Shown piece by piece: positions 8,135 through 18,291 of a DNA stretch of 64,000 nucleotides. A program made the translations under genes and the position numbers. Below the pieces are notes generated by a model. That model was not told the DNA's origin and did no database searches. It saw only the letters and a list, made by a program, of their open reading frames with translations. Every line of letters starts with the position of its first letter. Positions within the stretch are counted from its first letter, which is position 1. The DNA is from an uncultured archaeon (GTDB taxonomy: Archaea; Aenigmatarchaeota; Aenigmatarchaeia; CG10238-14; SCSR01): positions 12,113-76,112 of the forward strand of contig CAZIJH010000003.1 of NCBI GenBank assembly GCA_964539655.1, written 5' to 3'.

Positions 8135-8542
8135 ATGCTAAAAATAAAAGCTGCCAACAAGAAAATGCTTATTCCGGGCGGAGAACTGTACGACACGCTG
8201 TTCACGTTGAGCGTTCCTGAAAACATCAGAGAGCGCATGAAAGAAAAGTTGGAAACGCCGATCAGTCTGGGGAAAGATACAGTTACCGAAATTATTGACA
8301 TGGATCTGTACGAGGACTTTTATACAAACTTAAGGAAAATTCTGGGAGTGAAGGAGCATCCTGATTATTCTTTGCTCGAAATCGGTTACAATGTCAAAAA
8401 TGGATTGTATGACGTGGCAATCAGGTCAATCGATCAGGTGGACTTGGAGAGGATCAAATGGTTTGTTCCGGACTACTTTTCAAGGATACAAAAAATCGTG
8501 ACATGCGAGTCAACTCATTCGAGGGGATTTCATGCCGCATAA
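8135..8542 (+). CDS. Hypothetical protein
   Basis: 135-aa ORF with GGTGG ribosome-binding site; first gene of a coupled run. Confidence 0.7.
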   Translation: MLKIKAANKKMLIPGGELYDTLFTLSVPENIRERMKEKLETPISLGKDTVTEIIDMDLYEDFYTNLRKILGVKEHPDYSLLEIGYNVKNGLYDVAIRSIDQVDLERIKWFVPDYFSRIQKIVTCESTHSRGFHAA

Positions 8543-9005
8543 AGAATTTGCTCGCTTGAACAATTGCAAAGATCTCTGGAACAAGCAGATCGACGAAACC
8601 CGAAAACGTGGAAAAATTTTTAGAAAATCCGACTACATGATAGAATACAAATACACGGGCTCGTTGTTTGGCATTGATTACGAGAATCTGGCGAAACGCG
8701 TTTTCGTCGCGGCGCATCTTAGCGGCCTACCGATAATTTATACAAACCAATCGAAAGCCAGCACCGTCAAGGAAAATCCAAGCAGGGATTATGTAACGGA
8801 ATTCGAAAATTCTTGCGATTACACGGAGACTATTTTCGGCGACAAGAAAAGACATCATCAGATCACTACAGATCCGAATGGGAAAGTTGTAGCGTATCTT
8901 AGAGATGTTTCTCCGAAATTTGCTCAGAGATTTGCAAATTTGCTAGACGAACATCTAAAAGGATTCGGAGCTCCTTCTGTCAACCTGCCAGAGGAGGAAA
9001 TGTGA
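8532..9005 (+). CDS. Hypothetical protein
   Basis: Overlaps both neighbours; GAGGGG ribosome-binding site. Confidence 0.7.
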   Translation: MPHKEFARLNNCKDLWNKQIDETRKRGKIFRKSDYMIEYKYTGSLFGIDYENLAKRVFVAAHLSGLPIIYTNQSKASTVKENPSRDYVTEFENSCDYTETIFGDKKRHHQITTDPNGKVVAYLRDVSPKFAQRFANLLDEHLKGFGAPSVNLPEEEM

Positions 9006-9145
9006 TGCCGGCCAAAAAGATTCTTATTAACCTGACTGAAGATTTGCAGAAAGAGCTGGATGAAAAAGTAAAGTCCGGAAGATTCGTGAGCAGGAGCGAA
9101 GTTATTCGCGAGGCCGTGAGAAAATTTTTGGGTGAGGAAGAATGA
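9005..9145 (+). CDS. Ribbon-helix-helix (CopG/Arc-like) regulator, 46 aa, not in the ORF track
   Basis: MPAKKILINLTEDLQKELDEKVKSGRFVSRSEVIREAVRKFL; start and stop overlap both neighbours. Confidence 0.88.
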   Translation: MPAKKILINLTEDLQKELDEKVKSGRFVSRSEVIREAVRKFLGEEE

Positions 9146-9726
9146 TTGACAGCAAATTCCAAACAAAAGAGCAATTTGAGGAATACATGGAAAAAGTTGC
9201 TGACGTTGTTATAACTCAATATACACAATGTACAAAAGCGCTCCAAAAACTTTTTGAGATCGCACCTGACACTTGTTGGAAAACAGATGGTGTTGGTTGC
9301 TGCAGTATTGGTTTAGATTATGTGGAAGATGGGCTCACTGGACCGGCATACAAGAAAATTATTGAAATGAGAAATAAAGAGCAGCAAAAGATTTTAGTTC
9401 CGGAATGGAAAGAAGAAAGAATCGGTTGGGGTTCTCCCATATTCATGGGCAACAGTAAGTGTGATTACCACAAAGAAAATTCTGGGTGTGTTTTAGGCGA
9501 ACTGAAATCTCCAAGATGCATTGCGCATTATTGCGAAGGTGATTTAGATAGAACTAGCTTCGATTACAACTATATAAAAAATACTCTCATCAAAATTCTG
9601 AACAGTCATTACGATTTGGAAACTGGTTTGTTTGAGCCTGAACGCAATTGGGATTTAGTCAACGAATTCGTAGCATATGTTAACAAGATGGAAAATGAAG
9701 TTCGAAAAATAGGTGAACAAAAATGA
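9142..9726 (+). CDS. Cys-rich hypothetical protein (possible metal-cluster binding)
   Basis: TCW...GCC...KCDYH...GCVLG...PRCIAHYC. Confidence 0.65.
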   Translation: MIDSKFQTKEQFEEYMEKVADVVITQYTQCTKALQKLFEIAPDTCWKTDGVGCCSIGLDYVEDGLTGPAYKKIIEMRNKEQQKILVPEWKEERIGWGSPIFMGNSKCDYHKENSGCVLGELKSPRCIAHYCEGDLDRTSFDYNYIKNTLIKILNSHYDLETGLFEPERNWDLVNEFVAYVNKMENEVRKIGEQK

Positions 9727-10355
9727 CACAAGAAATACGTATTTGGGATCGGGGCCACACATGGGAAGACTGGTATGAAAGTAGATACCTTCCAGTTATA
9801 TTGGAGCATTTTTACAAAACAAGAAATCGTGGAGATGAGCTTACGATATTGGACATAGGATGTTGGAACGGCGGGGGCTTGAAAATTTTGGATAACGGTT
9901 TGGTGGAAGGCGGATTCCAACCATATTCTGTCGGAATCGAACCTATAAGGGAACGTATTTCAAAATCTAAAACCCCTAAAATTCCTGAGACTATTTCGGC
10001 AGTTGCCCAACTTCTTCCGATTAGAAATGAAACTGTGGATTTGATTGTCGCAAACAATGTCATATCACACATAGACAAATGGGAAGTAGGCGATGCCGAT
10101 TTGTCAAAACAGTCTCCTCAGCAGTCTACCTGCATGAAAGAAGTTTACAGAATATTAAAAAGTGATGGATTGTTTGTGGGCACTATAAAGGTTGTTCCGA
10201 ATGAAAAATGCCAGATCAAGCTGCATGATTGGCTGTGCGGCAAACAATACATAGCCGACAAGCAAGCTTTGGCTGAAGCAATGAAAATTACTGATAAATT
10301 CAATAGGGTTTCTGTTGATTGTTACCAAATTTTCGCTCAAGGTGATCATAAATGA
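9723..10355 (+). CDS. Class I SAM-dependent methyltransferase
   Basis: ILDIGCWNG, VDLIV, EVYRILKSDG. Confidence 0.9.
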   Translation: MTQEIRIWDRGHTWEDWYESRYLPVILEHFYKTRNRGDELTILDIGCWNGGGLKILDNGLVEGGFQPYSVGIEPIRERISKSKTPKIPETISAVAQLLPIRNETVDLIVANNVISHIDKWEVGDADLSKQSPQQSTCMKEVYRILKSDGLFVGTIKVVPNEKCQIKLHDWLCGKQYIADKQALAEAMKITDKFNRVSVDCYQIFAQGDHK

Positions 10356-11104
10356 TTAAAGCCGTAATTTTTGATTTGGACAACACATTATTGGACACTG
10401 ATAAAATTTCTGATCAGGCATACCAGTCTTCAATAGAAATACTTAACGAAGCTGGAATAGATAAGAAAATTTTGTCCAAAATCGAAAAAGCATACCGAAG
10501 TGGAAATTCATTCACAAGAGTGATTGAATCATTTAATAAACACATTCGATGCGATGTTTCCGAACGAGCAGTAAGAAATTATTTAGCAAACCAAAATTTG
10601 TCCAAAATAAAACCAATTGATGGCAATTTTGTGGAATACCTTTTGTCCTTCGGAGCTGGACCACAATCCAGCCCAATTGGGTGCGCAGAACCGTATTTAG
10701 TCACTAAAGGATATTCTCATAAACAAAGAGAAAAGGTTTATAGAACGTTCATGATTCCGATTTTTGGTCCCAAAAAAATATTTTACGTCGGCCAGAATGG
10801 AACAAAAGAAAAGGCATTCGAAAAAATTCTGAAAAAGAAAAAATGTCTGCCTTCTGAAATACTTGTCGTTGGAGACAACATCAAGGAAGAAATTTTTGCA
10901 GGGAATAAATTAGGAATGAGGACCATGAGATATTGTTATGGAAGGCATTCGAAAGAAGAATCTCAAAACTCTTTGGAAACTGCTGAAAAGGATGCCGAAT
11001 CACTTCAAGAAGTATTTGAATTTGTCAGAGACGAAAACAGTCCGGAATGGGAGTCTTTACAAAAAGAATATGGAATGACAAATCTGCCGACCAGTAAATT
11101 TTAG
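10352..11104 (+). CDS. HAD-superfamily hydrolase
   Basis: IFDLDNTL, VTKG, VGDNIKEEI. Confidence 0.9.
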   Translation: MIKAVIFDLDNTLLDTDKISDQAYQSSIEILNEAGIDKKILSKIEKAYRSGNSFTRVIESFNKHIRCDVSERAVRNYLANQNLSKIKPIDGNFVEYLLSFGAGPQSSPIGCAEPYLVTKGYSHKQREKVYRTFMIPIFGPKKIFYVGQNGTKEKAFEKILKKKKCLPSEILVVGDNIKEEIFAGNKLGMRTMRYCYGRHSKEESQNSLETAEKDAESLQEVFEFVRDENSPEWESLQKEYGMTNLPTSKF

Positions 11105-11116
11105 AAGGCGAAGAAA

Positions 11117-11671
11117 ATGAAAGAAATAACATATCCCGACCTCCAGCAATGGAAAGCAAATTCGATTGATGCGGCGTTGAAAATAGGTTTGGATCATTCG
11201 CTTTTAACCAGAATCAGAGATTTCAAAGACGTCTCTGCAATAAGGTTGGTTTCCAGAATGGAAGGCGAGGAAAACTTCTTGTTCGGTTATTGCCTGCCTG
11301 ATGTGCAGCTTAAGAAAAAAGGTTTCATTGTTGGCGTCTTTCCGCAGAATTTGTCATGCGACGAGCCGAAAATCTTGTTGGAAAAATTATCGAATCTGAA
11401 CATTGCCGACGAAAAACGGAAGGAAATTGCAGATACTTATCGCAGGATTTCGCCGGAAGAATTTTTCAATATGTATAACCAGAGCGGTATGGATCACGAG
11501 TTGATCGGCCACGGGTTTAATTACCTGAAAGGCGCCGACTGCGGCGAACATGCTGCCTGCAGTACGCAGTTGTTATTGGCCAATTATAGGTCAGAAAATT
11601 CTGAGAACTGGAGAGAGATTAGGAAAATAATGCCAGCTATTTTGACATACGTAGAAAAACAGAAAAAATAA
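11117..11671 (+). CDS. Hypothetical protein with zincin-like HELIGH motif
   Basis: DHELIGHG...GEHAA. Confidence 0.55.
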   Translation: MKEITYPDLQQWKANSIDAALKIGLDHSLLTRIRDFKDVSAIRLVSRMEGEENFLFGYCLPDVQLKKKGFIVGVFPQNLSCDEPKILLEKLSNLNIADEKRKEIADTYRRISPEEFFNMYNQSGMDHELIGHGFNYLKGADCGEHAACSTQLLLANYRSENSENWREIRKIMPAILTYVEKQKK

Positions 11672-11692
11672 TTTTATATCTAATTTTCTGTA

Positions 11693-12682
11693 TTATTTTC
11701 CCGAATAATATTTTCTTTGTACGTAATGCTCGATCTCAGGCATCAAATTCATTTCTTCCCAGATTTCTTTCGCCAATTTTTCTGACGACGCGACAATTAC
11801 ATCAAAAGTATCTTTTGTTCCCAAACCGACTTTTTGATTGGCTATGTCATAGCCGCTCCAGCTTAGGGTTGATCCGCCTGCTTCTTTGATTAACAGATAT
11901 CCTGGACCCAATTCTTCTCCTGTCGCTCTCTTTTTTGGATTTGCGCATGCGTCCGCTGTTATGAACAAGTCGGCACTCCCGTCCGCGACCATTGCAAGAT
12001 GTGCGGCCTTCGATCTGAAATCTCCCGGCAATTGTCCTTCAGCGGAATATTTTGCGAAATAAGGAGCGAATCTTCCCAACATATAACTGTCAGCAAGGTA
12101 TGTCAAAGGCTTGTCGGCTGTAATCGATTTTCTTCCGGATGTTCTCACTCTTTCCACATTTTTCCCGCCGTATGCGAATCTCTCAATTACGTTTGTCCCC
12201 TGTCCTCTTACAGCAGAATAAAGGTTTCCGCTAGGAAAATCTAAAAATCCCGCAGCAAGACATTGGTCAAAGGTTGGATCCGCAGTTTCGAAAACACCGA
12301 GTATGGTTCCGTAAGGCAGCATGTTGCGTCCTTCCTTGAAATTCTTGGTGCCATCAATATCATCAAATACTACAGAATGGGACGATGCTCTTAGTTGGTT
12401 TATTATTGTAGCTTCTTCGACGTCGTCAATCAAAATTGGATAATCGGGAGTGATGTTGACATCGGTTTCGCCCTTTTCCTCGGTGTAAATGACAAGAGGA
12501 ATATTTCTGCTTCTCAGGAATTCGATTACAGCATTGCCGACTATCTCATCGCCTTTAGTTGTGATGTCAATCTGCTTTCCCTGTAGTTGTTTGGCTTCTT
12601 CTCCAGCCTTTTGCAGCGCATCCCAACCGACAAATAGAGCTTCCTTCATCATTTTCTCTGCTTGGTCTAATGATATGCTCAT
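11693..12682 (-). CDS. Inositol monophosphatase/FBPase superfamily protein
   Basis: TKGD, TEE, DDIDGTKNF, LIKEAGG. Confidence 0.88.
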   Translation of the reverse strand: MSISLDQAEKMMKEALFVGWDALQKAGEEAKQLQGKQIDITTKGDEIVGNAVIEFLRSRNIPLVIYTEEKGETDVNITPDYPILIDDVEEATIINQLRASSHSVVFDDIDGTKNFKEGRNMLPYGTILGVFETADPTFDQCLAAGFLDFPSGNLYSAVRGQGTNVIERFAYGGKNVERVRTSGRKSITADKPLTYLADSYMLGRFAPYFAKYSAEGQLPGDFRSKAAHLAMVADGSADLFITADACANPKKRATGEELGPGYLLIKEAGGSTLSWSGYDIANQKVGLGTKDTFDVIVASSEKLAKEIWEEMNLMPEIEHYVQRKYYSGK

Positions 12683-12692
12683 CTAAAACTAC

Positions 12693-13724
12693 CTACAAAT
12701 CGTTTGCGGCCTTCAGCACGGCATCTCTGCCGTATGTTTTGATCAAAGAATACACAGTAGCGACTGCATGTGCTGGGACCCACGGTCCCGGGTTCGTTCC
12801 GTTGAATTCGAAATCCCTGTATCCTACCATGCCAGGATAGTTTGCGTCCTTGTATCCGCCGATTACGGTCTCGGGATTGAACGGAACTGAAAACATTCTC
12901 AATGATTCGTACTTGCTTTTCTTTTGCGTGCTCAAAATCTCGTTGACTTTCAAGTTTGTCTTGTATTCACCGAAAAGTTCTCCGTGCAAATCGTCGCACG
13001 CTCTTCCGACAACGAACAATTTGAAGTCCTTTGTATCGCAAGGTATTCCGGCCTCTTCCTTGATTTCGCGCTGGATTGTCTTGAACGGGTTCGGGGCTCC
13101 GGCTATTCTGTCTCTTAGCGGATCCATGAAACCCGCGGCAGCTACGCCGTAAAGATCCTGATACACCGCAAGCTTCGAGCTTCGTTGCACCATGACAAGG
13201 GCGTGATCCGGCTCTCTTATTATTGCCGAGCTCACGCCGATCGGGTTTGCCAGCACGTCATTCGGATAATGAACATCGACGTTGTATTTTTCTTTTATGC
13301 TGGTCGGATTATCGTTGACGTCCTTGAGTATCTTGTCGTTTAGCGCCTTGTTTGTAGCGGCGTATGTGAAAAACGAAACGGGCGAAACATGGATTACCGG
13401 CCTCTCTTCCTCTCCCAACGCGGAAAAGTTGTAAAGCCTTACCTGCTGTCCGTCGAAAAACATTTTTCCTGTAAGCTCCGCATCCTTCTTTTTCTTTTCA
13501 ACAGTAGCTTTCAGACAGTCCAAAACGTCTTTCGGAAGCCACGAAGAACCTTCAGGATTGTATAACCACTCATTCTTCTCAGCATCGAATCTGAGCTCCT
13601 TCGGGTCAACAGTGTAATTTACAACAAGATCCTGAACACCCCATCCGCCGTCTTCGTAATTTTCCATGAAGCTGTGAAGGGGAATTCTCAATTTTCCGAA
13701 TGTTACTCCTGGGAATCCTGTCAT
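12693..13724 (-). CDS. NUDIX hydrolase (NUDT22-like architecture)
   Basis: AAGFMDP...TIQREIKEEAGI Nudix box. Confidence 0.75.
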   Translation of the reverse strand: MTGFPGVTFGKLRIPLHSFMENYEDGGWGVQDLVVNYTVDPKELRFDAEKNEWLYNPEGSSWLPKDVLDCLKATVEKKKKDAELTGKMFFDGQQVRLYNFSALGEEERPVIHVSPVSFFTYAATNKALNDKILKDVNDNPTSIKEKYNVDVHYPNDVLANPIGVSSAIIREPDHALVMVQRSSKLAVYQDLYGVAAAGFMDPLRDRIAGAPNPFKTIQREIKEEAGIPCDTKDFKLFVVGRACDDLHGELFGEYKTNLKVNEILSTQKKSKYESLRMFSVPFNPETVIGGYKDANYPGMVGYRDFEFNGTNPGPWVPAHAVATVYSLIKTYGRDAVLKAANDL

Positions 13725-13817
13725 AAAACTTTACAAGCAGACGTAAGCATTAATATCCTACCTTTATCCTACCTTATCCGATAATTATAAGAACCTGCTC
13801 GAATCAAGCAATAATTA

Positions 13818-14627
13818 ATGAAGCAGAAGATATCGATAACGATCGAGGAAAAGATTTTGAAAGGAGTAGACCGCCTCGTGGACGGACTTGTGATCCGCAA
13901 CAGGTCCCAGGCCATCGAGCATCTTATACAGAGGATAATCGCTGAGAAGAAGAGCGCGGTTGTTTTCGCCAACGGCCTGCTCACACGCGTCACGGAAAAG
14001 GACTGGTTCAGGGTCGTAGGGAAAATAAACGACGAGCATATTATCGAAAACGTGATACGCGAACTCAGGAAGTACAACTTCAAGGACATTTACATGGTGG
14101 GCGAAAAGAATCTCAACTCGGAAATTTTCAAGATAGTCGGGAACGGGTCCATGCTCGGGGTCGACATCGAATACATAAACGAAAACGGGGTTGTCGGTGA
14201 CAATGAGAGGTTGAAACTTCTTCGCGGAAAAGTAAAGAACACTTTTCTCGTGGTTCCCGGAGAAAACCTGTTCAAAATAAATCTTGACGAATTTTTCAAG
14301 TTCCACATCACTCACGGCGGGCTGATCACGTTGGCCGTCACGTCCCATCACAATCCTGCCAAGAATTATGGGAACATCAAGCTCGACGGGATCAAAATTG
14401 TCGAATATTACGAGAAGCCAGAAAAGACCAAATCTCACATCGTCAGTTCGGGAATTTTTATGGCCGAGCCGGAACTTCTAGAGTACCCCGGCAAGTGGCT
14501 GCCTTTCGATGTCTACCCGAATCTGGTAAGCAAAAATCTCATGTTCGGATTTCTGTTCTCCGGATACTGGTTCGACATAAATTCGAAAAAGGATTTTGAC
14601 GAGGCCCAAAAATATTTCAAAAAGTAG
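13818..14627 (+). CDS. RHH domain fused to a degenerate sugar-phosphate nucleotidyltransferase domain
   Basis: KISITIE...NRSQAIE N-terminus; NYGNIKLDG, YEKP, WFDIN; GxGTR motif missing. Confidence 0.8.
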   Translation: MKQKISITIEEKILKGVDRLVDGLVIRNRSQAIEHLIQRIIAEKKSAVVFANGLLTRVTEKDWFRVVGKINDEHIIENVIRELRKYNFKDIYMVGEKNLNSEIFKIVGNGSMLGVDIEYINENGVVGDNERLKLLRGKVKNTFLVVPGENLFKINLDEFFKFHITHGGLITLAVTSHHNPAKNYGNIKLDGIKIVEYYEKPEKTKSHIVSSGIFMAEPELLEYPGKWLPFDVYPNLVSKNLMFGFLFSGYWFDINSKKDFDEAQKYFKK

Positions 14628-14655
14628 GAGTAAATAGATTTTTGGTTGACACAAA

Positions 14656-16125
14656 TCAGTTAGCAGCTTGGCCGATTGTTTCATTGTTCATGTTGGGTTT
14701 CTTCCTAGACTTCACGATAAAAATTGCGATTATTACGACTGCGAAAATAATTCCGCCCAGCAGGATGTAGTTGGAAGTTATGAACGAGACTATGTCGGAT
14801 CCTTCTTCCGATTTGACAGAACTGATAACGAAAAGTTTGGAAGACTGCTCGGCTTGATCGAAAGTGCCGTCTCCGTTTTCATCAACGCATCCAAAATAAT
14901 TTTTGCTCGACGACGGCGCTGTAAACATCAGGCTGCACCCAGTTCCGGTTACCGAACACGAATTGACGTTTGTCCCGTCGCAGCTGGCTTCCTTCAGATA
15001 GATCGATTTCCCGCCGCAATCTGAAAGTCCTTTGAAGTCTGCGCTGACAACGGAGCCTGTCTGCACAAGATCGAACGACAGTGTCCCGGTGCAATTCGCA
15101 ACAACGCATGATTCGCTGCTTTTCTTGCATGTGCTGTTGACCGAGCACCAGCTGCACGAGCTTTGCAGGCCGCATGTTGAACTGTCAGAATAAGAAGAGC
15201 ATACCACTTCTGGGGCGGATCCGGAGATCGTCTTCGTCGCGGATTTCAATATCAGCCCGGAACTTTTCACGGTCTTTCCGCTCGCGGCCGACACTTTTGC
15301 AGCAATCACCTCGAAGTAATACGTCTGTCCGTTTGAGGTGCTGTTCGACATCTTGTACGAGAAGACTAAATATTTCGTGGAGTTTGCGGGTATAATTTGG
15401 TTTAACCCGACGACCGCTATGATATCGTCCTTCTCGAACTTCTGCAGGCTGACTATCTTGTCGTCCGTGCCAACTTTCCCGTCCAGATCATTGTCCAGAT
15501 ATACGCCGAGAACCGAGACTCCGTCCTTGTCGTTTCCGGTGCCGTACGCCCTGATGTCAAAACTTGAAATCGTCACGTCCTCCTCGCTGCCGGTGTTTAC
15601 TTTCATCTGCATCATTGCTATGTTCCCGTTGTCGCCGTAGTTCGTCGAGTGGTCGGAACTTGTGTTTGCGCCGAGCGAGAATGCGATCGAGGGCGCCGGG
15701 ATGTCTTTCAATGTAAATCCTGCGGCCGACCCGCTGTCAATGTGGTCTCTCGACGCGTTGTATCGTCCGTCGTTCCCCACGTCGATAAGTATATCGTAAT
15801 CGCCGGCTGCTGCTCCAGATACGAGTGCCAATTCTATTTCGATGTGCCCGGAAGTGTTTGTGTTGACGGACCTGTAGCCGAAAAGCCCGCTGATTTCGGA
15901 TCCGTCCGTCGGGGCTCCGCCGTCCTTCACGATGTAAATTCTCACTGCGGTGTTGTTGTTCGTCACGTTGTTGTCCGCATAAACGTACACGCTTTCGTTG
16001 GTGTAAAATGCGCTCAGATCCGCGCCTGTCGAATTTGCTGAGTAGATTGCGGTCGCATGTGCGATCGAAGAGAGCGAGATTGCAAAAATCGAAAACAAAA
16101 GGGCAAATGACGCAAGCTTTCGCAT
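14656..16125 (-). CDS. Secreted Ser/Thr/Cys-rich surface protein with C-terminal membrane anchor
   Basis: Signal peptide, many N-x-S/T sequons, Cys cluster, TM helix plus KSRKK tail. Confidence 0.8.
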   Translation of the reverse strand: MRKLASFALLFSIFAISLSSIAHATAIYSANSTGADLSAFYTNESVYVYADNNVTNNNTAVRIYIVKDGGAPTDGSEISGLFGYRSVNTNTSGHIEIELALVSGAAAGDYDILIDVGNDGRYNASRDHIDSGSAAGFTLKDIPAPSIAFSLGANTSSDHSTNYGDNGNIAMMQMKVNTGSEEDVTISSFDIRAYGTGNDKDGVSVLGVYLDNDLDGKVGTDDKIVSLQKFEKDDIIAVVGLNQIIPANSTKYLVFSYKMSNSTSNGQTYYFEVIAAKVSAASGKTVKSSGLILKSATKTISGSAPEVVCSSYSDSSTCGLQSSCSWCSVNSTCKKSSESCVVANCTGTLSFDLVQTGSVVSADFKGLSDCGGKSIYLKEASCDGTNVNSCSVTGTGCSLMFTAPSSSKNYFGCVDENGDGTFDQAEQSSKLFVISSVKSEEGSDIVSFITSNYILLGGIIFAVVIIAIFIVKSRKKPNMNNETIGQAAN

Positions 16126-16190
16126 ATTATAATTTTGTTGCAGAGGCTTAAACTAGATTCTTTATGTAGCCGAAAATTAAATTTAGATAA

Positions 16191-16817
16191 TTGAGTGTCA
16201 TGAACGAATTTTTCACTTTTGACGAGCGTCTGGAAAATCTTGCGCGCGAGGGAGCGGTCAACGAAGTCAACGGTTTTGTATTTCATGACGACAAGAAGTA
16301 CGGGCTCGCTGCGGAAAGTTTTGCTAGGACGTTGGAAATACTTTTCGACCACATAGATGTGCATGACGTCCGCGAGGCTGCAAGAGAGAAAGTGATCGTT
16401 CTTCAGAAGCATGACGAGATAGAGGAAGATTCTAACTTGGACAAAAAATCGCGTTTGAACGACCCTAGATGGGTGTCGAACGTGCTCCCTCATGCGCAGG
16501 AAGAGGCAAAGCTCCTGAAAATAGATCCCAGATATGCCGACGCAAAAGTGAAATTCTACAGCATGCACGGATCAGGAAATTCCGGATACCTGCGCCAAGT
16601 TTACCTGATGGACAGATATTTCGCGTTGGCCGTGACTGGCCATCTTGGCACCGAACGTGAGACCGCCCCCATTTATTTGGCGGACATAGCTTTCCACGAT
16701 AATCGGACTTTAAACAAATCTAAAGAACATTCCCCTTATGACAAGCAAATGATGTACGAGTGTTACAATATCATCATGATAAATTTGCTCACCAAAAAGC
16801 TGCTGAACAAGCATTAA
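16191..16817 (+). CDS. Hypothetical protein
   Basis: Long ORF with normal composition; start may be the ATG at 16200. Confidence 0.65.
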   Translation: MSVMNEFFTFDERLENLAREGAVNEVNGFVFHDDKKYGLAAESFARTLEILFDHIDVHDVREAAREKVIVLQKHDEIEEDSNLDKKSRLNDPRWVSNVLPHAQEEAKLLKIDPRYADAKVKFYSMHGSGNSGYLRQVYLMDRYFALAVTGHLGTERETAPIYLADIAFHDNRTLNKSKEHSPYDKQMMYECYNIIMINLLTKKLLNKH

Positions 16818-16851
16818 ATTGCGGCAAATTCAAATTTAATATCGAGAACAA

Positions 16852-17406
16852 ATGCTTCCATTCGTGAGCAAACTGCTGATCGCGAAGCAGCTGAGCTTCG
16901 ACAAGGGAAAATTGAAGATTTTCGGCAAGAGGGTCGTAATAATACCAATCGAACTTTTCGAGATGATTATCAAGCTGTCGATGAAGAACAAGAAATTTGA
17001 AAAAGATCTTTATAACGCCATGGAAAATTCTGTTCACCAGTTTTGTATCGATCTCAACAAGAAGCAGCCCTTGAAGAAGGAGGACATGCTCGAAATTCTG
17101 ATGAACTTGACTGAGATGAACGGCTATGGTGAAATAAAAATTGTCAAAATAGATTACGAGAAAAAATTTGCGATATTTAATTTCAAGGGACTGCCTTCGG
17201 AAACATTGGTTTTTGAAAAGCTTGACTCGAAAACTGTCGACAATTACTGGGGAGGCATGCTTGCCGGAGGCATGTCATACATATTCGGAGAGGAAGTCGA
17301 TGCTATCGAGACGCTGTGTATAGTGACGGGAAAGCAGTTCTGTGAATTTGTGGTCGGAAGCAGAAAATTCCTCAACGAGTACAAGAAAAAATATAAAATT
17401 GTCTAA
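16852..17406 (+). CDS. V4R-domain protein
   Basis: GYGEIKI...GMLAGGMS...ETLCIVTGKQFCEF. Confidence 0.85.
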   Translation: MLPFVSKLLIAKQLSFDKGKLKIFGKRVVIIPIELFEMIIKLSMKNKKFEKDLYNAMENSVHQFCIDLNKKQPLKKEDMLEILMNLTEMNGYGEIKIVKIDYEKKFAIFNFKGLPSETLVFEKLDSKTVDNYWGGMLAGGMSYIFGEEVDAIETLCIVTGKQFCEFVVGSRKFLNEYKKKYKIV

Positions 17407-17409
17407 AAA

Positions 17410-17802
17410 TTATTTCAGTTCTTTCAAAGTCTTTATGTCCATTATCTCGTAATATTCTATTTCCTCGCCCTGAATTATTTTGTCTTTCCTTTCTGACGGA
17501 ATGTCAAGCTCCACAACTGAAAAATCTTCCATGTCCATTATCTGGGCCTTGTCTCCGACTATCGCGATGACCTGACCTTTCTTTTTTCCGAGAATCGGAA
17601 CGCTGACAGCCTCGTGCGAGGGCTTCACTATGCTCCTGTTCACGCCGTCAAGCATGCCAGTCGCGTCAACTCTTACTTTCGCATGTCCGTGTTTTCCTGA
17701 AGTTGACACTGTAATCTTGTTGACAAAGCACGGGACGTCGTCAATAAGCACGAACCCTCCCTCTTTCAGGTGGTTGATTGTTGTCGTTGTCTTGTCTGCC
17801 AT
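17410..17802 (-). CDS. eif5a: Translation factor aIF5A
   Basis: STSGKHGHAKVR hypusine motif. Confidence 0.97.
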   Translation of the reverse strand: MADKTTTTINHLKEGGFVLIDDVPCFVNKITVSTSGKHGHAKVRVDATGMLDGVNRSIVKPSHEAVSVPILGKKKGQVIAIVGDKAQIMDMEDFSVVELDIPSERKDKIIQGEEIEYYEIMDIKTLKELK

Positions 17803-17919
17803 CAGAACACTTTACAAAAAATTCGTTATTTGAATATATATAATTGTTTTTGATTTTTCTCGCGTCGCAAAGACTTTTTAATTCTTTTTTCGAATAGTAA
17901 TTCGTTCGGTGGTTAACAA

Positions 17920-18288
17920 ATGAGAATTTTTCTAATCGACATCGACGGGACAATCTGCGAAAATATTAGGAATGAGGAGGGCGCTGAAAGAATGAGGCAT
18001 GCAAAACCATTCGAGGACGCGATCAAAGAATCTAACAAACTTTTTGACGAGGGGCATTATATCTGCTATTTCACCGCGAGAACTGACGATCACAAAAAAG
18101 TTACGGAAGAATGGATGGACGAGCACGGAGTCAAGCGCAACCAGATAATTTTCAACAAGCCGAGGAAGATCGGGAAGTACGACGAGTACCATTTCATTGA
18201 CGACACTCACGTGAGAGCCACGACGTTCAGGGGAAAGTTCACGAAGTTCGTCAAGAAGAACATGGAGATAGAAACTTTCGAGGACTGA
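17920..18288 (+). CDS. Small HAD-like phosphatase
   Basis: IDIDGTIC, FTAR, KP, FIDD. Confidence 0.85.
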   Translation: MRIFLIDIDGTICENIRNEEGAERMRHAKPFEDAIKESNKLFDEGHYICYFTARTDDHKKVTEEWMDEHGVKRNQIIFNKPRKIGKYDEYHFIDDTHVRATTFRGKFTKFVKKNMEIETFED

Positions 18289-18291
18289 AAT

